Origin: an uncultured bacterium
GTDB taxonomy: Bacteria > Patescibacteriota > Saccharimonadia > CAILAD01 > BJGX01
DNA: 42,820 nucleotides
NCBI GenBank assembly: GCA_903832035.1
Contig: CAILAD010000001.1
Span: forward strand, 1 to 42,820
Direction: 5' to 3'
In this document: piece by piece, positions 42,300 through 42,820 of the stretch
Position numbering within the stretch: the stretch's first letter is position 1
Layout: every line of letters starts with the position of its first letter
The notes under the pieces: generated by a model
The model's database searches: none
Told to the model about the DNA's origin: nothing
The model's input: only the letters and a program-made list of their open reading frames with translations
Made by a program: the position numbers and the translations under genes

Positions 42300-42554
42300 A
42301 TGGACGATAAAAGCACAGATAACAATGTCGCAACAATATATACTACACCATGGTGTCAATTTTGTAAGAACGTAGAGTCTTATCTAGATGAGAAAGGCTA
42401 TAAGTATGAAAAGATTGATGTACAGGCAGACCAAGCTAAAGCCCAGGAAATGATGGACAAATCTGGTCAGATGGGCGTTCCAGTAACGGAAATAAAAGGC
42501 CAAATAATAGTTGGATGGGATAAGCCTAAATTCGAAGCATTACTATCTAATTAG
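42300..42554 (+). CDS. glutaredoxin/NrdH-like small redox protein
   Basis: 84 aa with an AAGGAG RBS. IYTTPWCQFCKNVESYLDEKGYKYEKIDV ... GVPVT. Confidence 0.85.
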   Translation: MDDKSTDNNVATIYTTPWCQFCKNVESYLDEKGYKYEKIDVQADQAKAQEMMDKSGQMGVPVTEIKGQIIVGWDKPKFEALLSN

Positions 42555-42580
42555 TATTTAATTTTTCATTCATTATTTCT

Positions 42581-42820
42581 ATGAGTAAGAAAATCAACAG
42601 AAAAAGATTAAGTAAATTTACGATGAGTAGATTGGATGCTCCGAATATTTCATTTTTATTAATTCTGGTATTAGCCATCTCTGCTACCGGTATAATAATA
42701 ATAAGATTTAGCCATGCATCAGGCCAAGATTTATCACTGTCACAAAAAAAGCAAATGAATGAGCAAGCTTTTCAGGCAATAAAGAGCGATCGAGCCAAGC
42801 ATGGAATAAATCTTGACTCC
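42581..42820 (+). CDS. partial ORF running off the window: N-terminal TM anchor, possibly a CAP/SCP (YkwD-like) domain protein
   Basis: 80 codons open from ATG 42581 to the window end. TM helix ISFLLILVLAISATGIIII. EQAFQAIKSDRAKHGINL resembles the start of CAP domains, but the similarity is weak. Confidence 0.45.
   Translation, partial: MSKKINRKRLSKFTMSRLDAPNISFLLILVLAISATGIIIIRFSHASGQDLSLSQKKQMNEQAFQAIKSDRAKHGINLDS

Noticed and set aside
1-42820. Alternative genetic code (UGA recoding, as in some CPR lineages)
   Set aside because: TGA terminates several well-supported genes exactly where the next gene starts (ATGA junctions at 1694-1697, 9733-9736 and 36895-36898, and TGA at 1309-1311). 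Conserved proteins reach their expected lengths with the standard code.
1-42820. CRISPR arrays, IS elements or transposases, intact integrases, prophage genes, rRNA operons and known defence systems
   Set aside because: No short regularly spaced repeats were seen. No ORF has transposase, integrase, Cas or restriction-enzyme motifs. The only sizeable repeat is the 107-nt pair reported above.

Overview
This is an AT-rich, very compact bacterial window that uses the standard genetic code: TGA acts as a stop, and there are many ATGA/TAATG start-stop overlaps. The gene content suggests a Patescibacteria/CPR genome, possibly Saccharibacteria-like, but this is inference only. The supporting traits are a split transketolase, a LysM-CHAP hydrolase, a DsbA-VKOR pair, low-complexity tails on S16, NusB and the KH protein, and no lipid-synthesis genes after yceD-rpmF. 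Nearly all genes are on the + strand. In order they are: a surface protein, ruvX and mltG; a 289-nt structured gap followed by a LysM/CHAP hydrolase; obg and an RsmC-like methyltransferase; tRNA-Ala(GGC); mscL; a MurF-like / LAS-peptidase-like / alpha-beta hydrolase / membrane-anchored MurF-like cluster, then ddl and leuS; yceD-rpmF; nusB-NUDIX-rnc; a short SMC with no recognisable hinge; rpsP-KH-trmD; and tRNA-Gln(CUG). After tRNA-Gln both synteny and strand polarity break (about 21.6-32.1 kb). This stretch holds a DUF1761-like gene flanked by a roughly 107-nt direct repeat, one copy of which is a frameshifted gene fragment. It also holds five consecutive minus-strand polytopic membrane genes (including two DUF308/HdeD-like paralogs), an orphan 118-aa protein, a P2-like P-type ATPase, a P1B-type (TPCP motif) P-type ATPase and a second DUF1761-like gene. 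Housekeeping content then resumes: xth, rpmG, DsbA-VKOR-Trx, a seven-gene translationally coupled gap-rpiB-rpe-tktN-tktC-pfkB-like-pfkB operon, trxB, a tail-anchored disordered protein, a glutaredoxin-like gene and a partial ORF. I saw no CRISPR array, rRNA, IS element, intact integrase or recognisable defence gene. The regions most worth a second look are the Mur-ligase/peptidase cluster upstream of ddl, the membrane-protein block after tRNA-Gln and its repeat, the long structured leader of the hydrolase gene, and a recurrent -10-box-to-ATG spacing that predicts leaderless mRNAs. All product calls rest on motifs read by eye; no database search was run.
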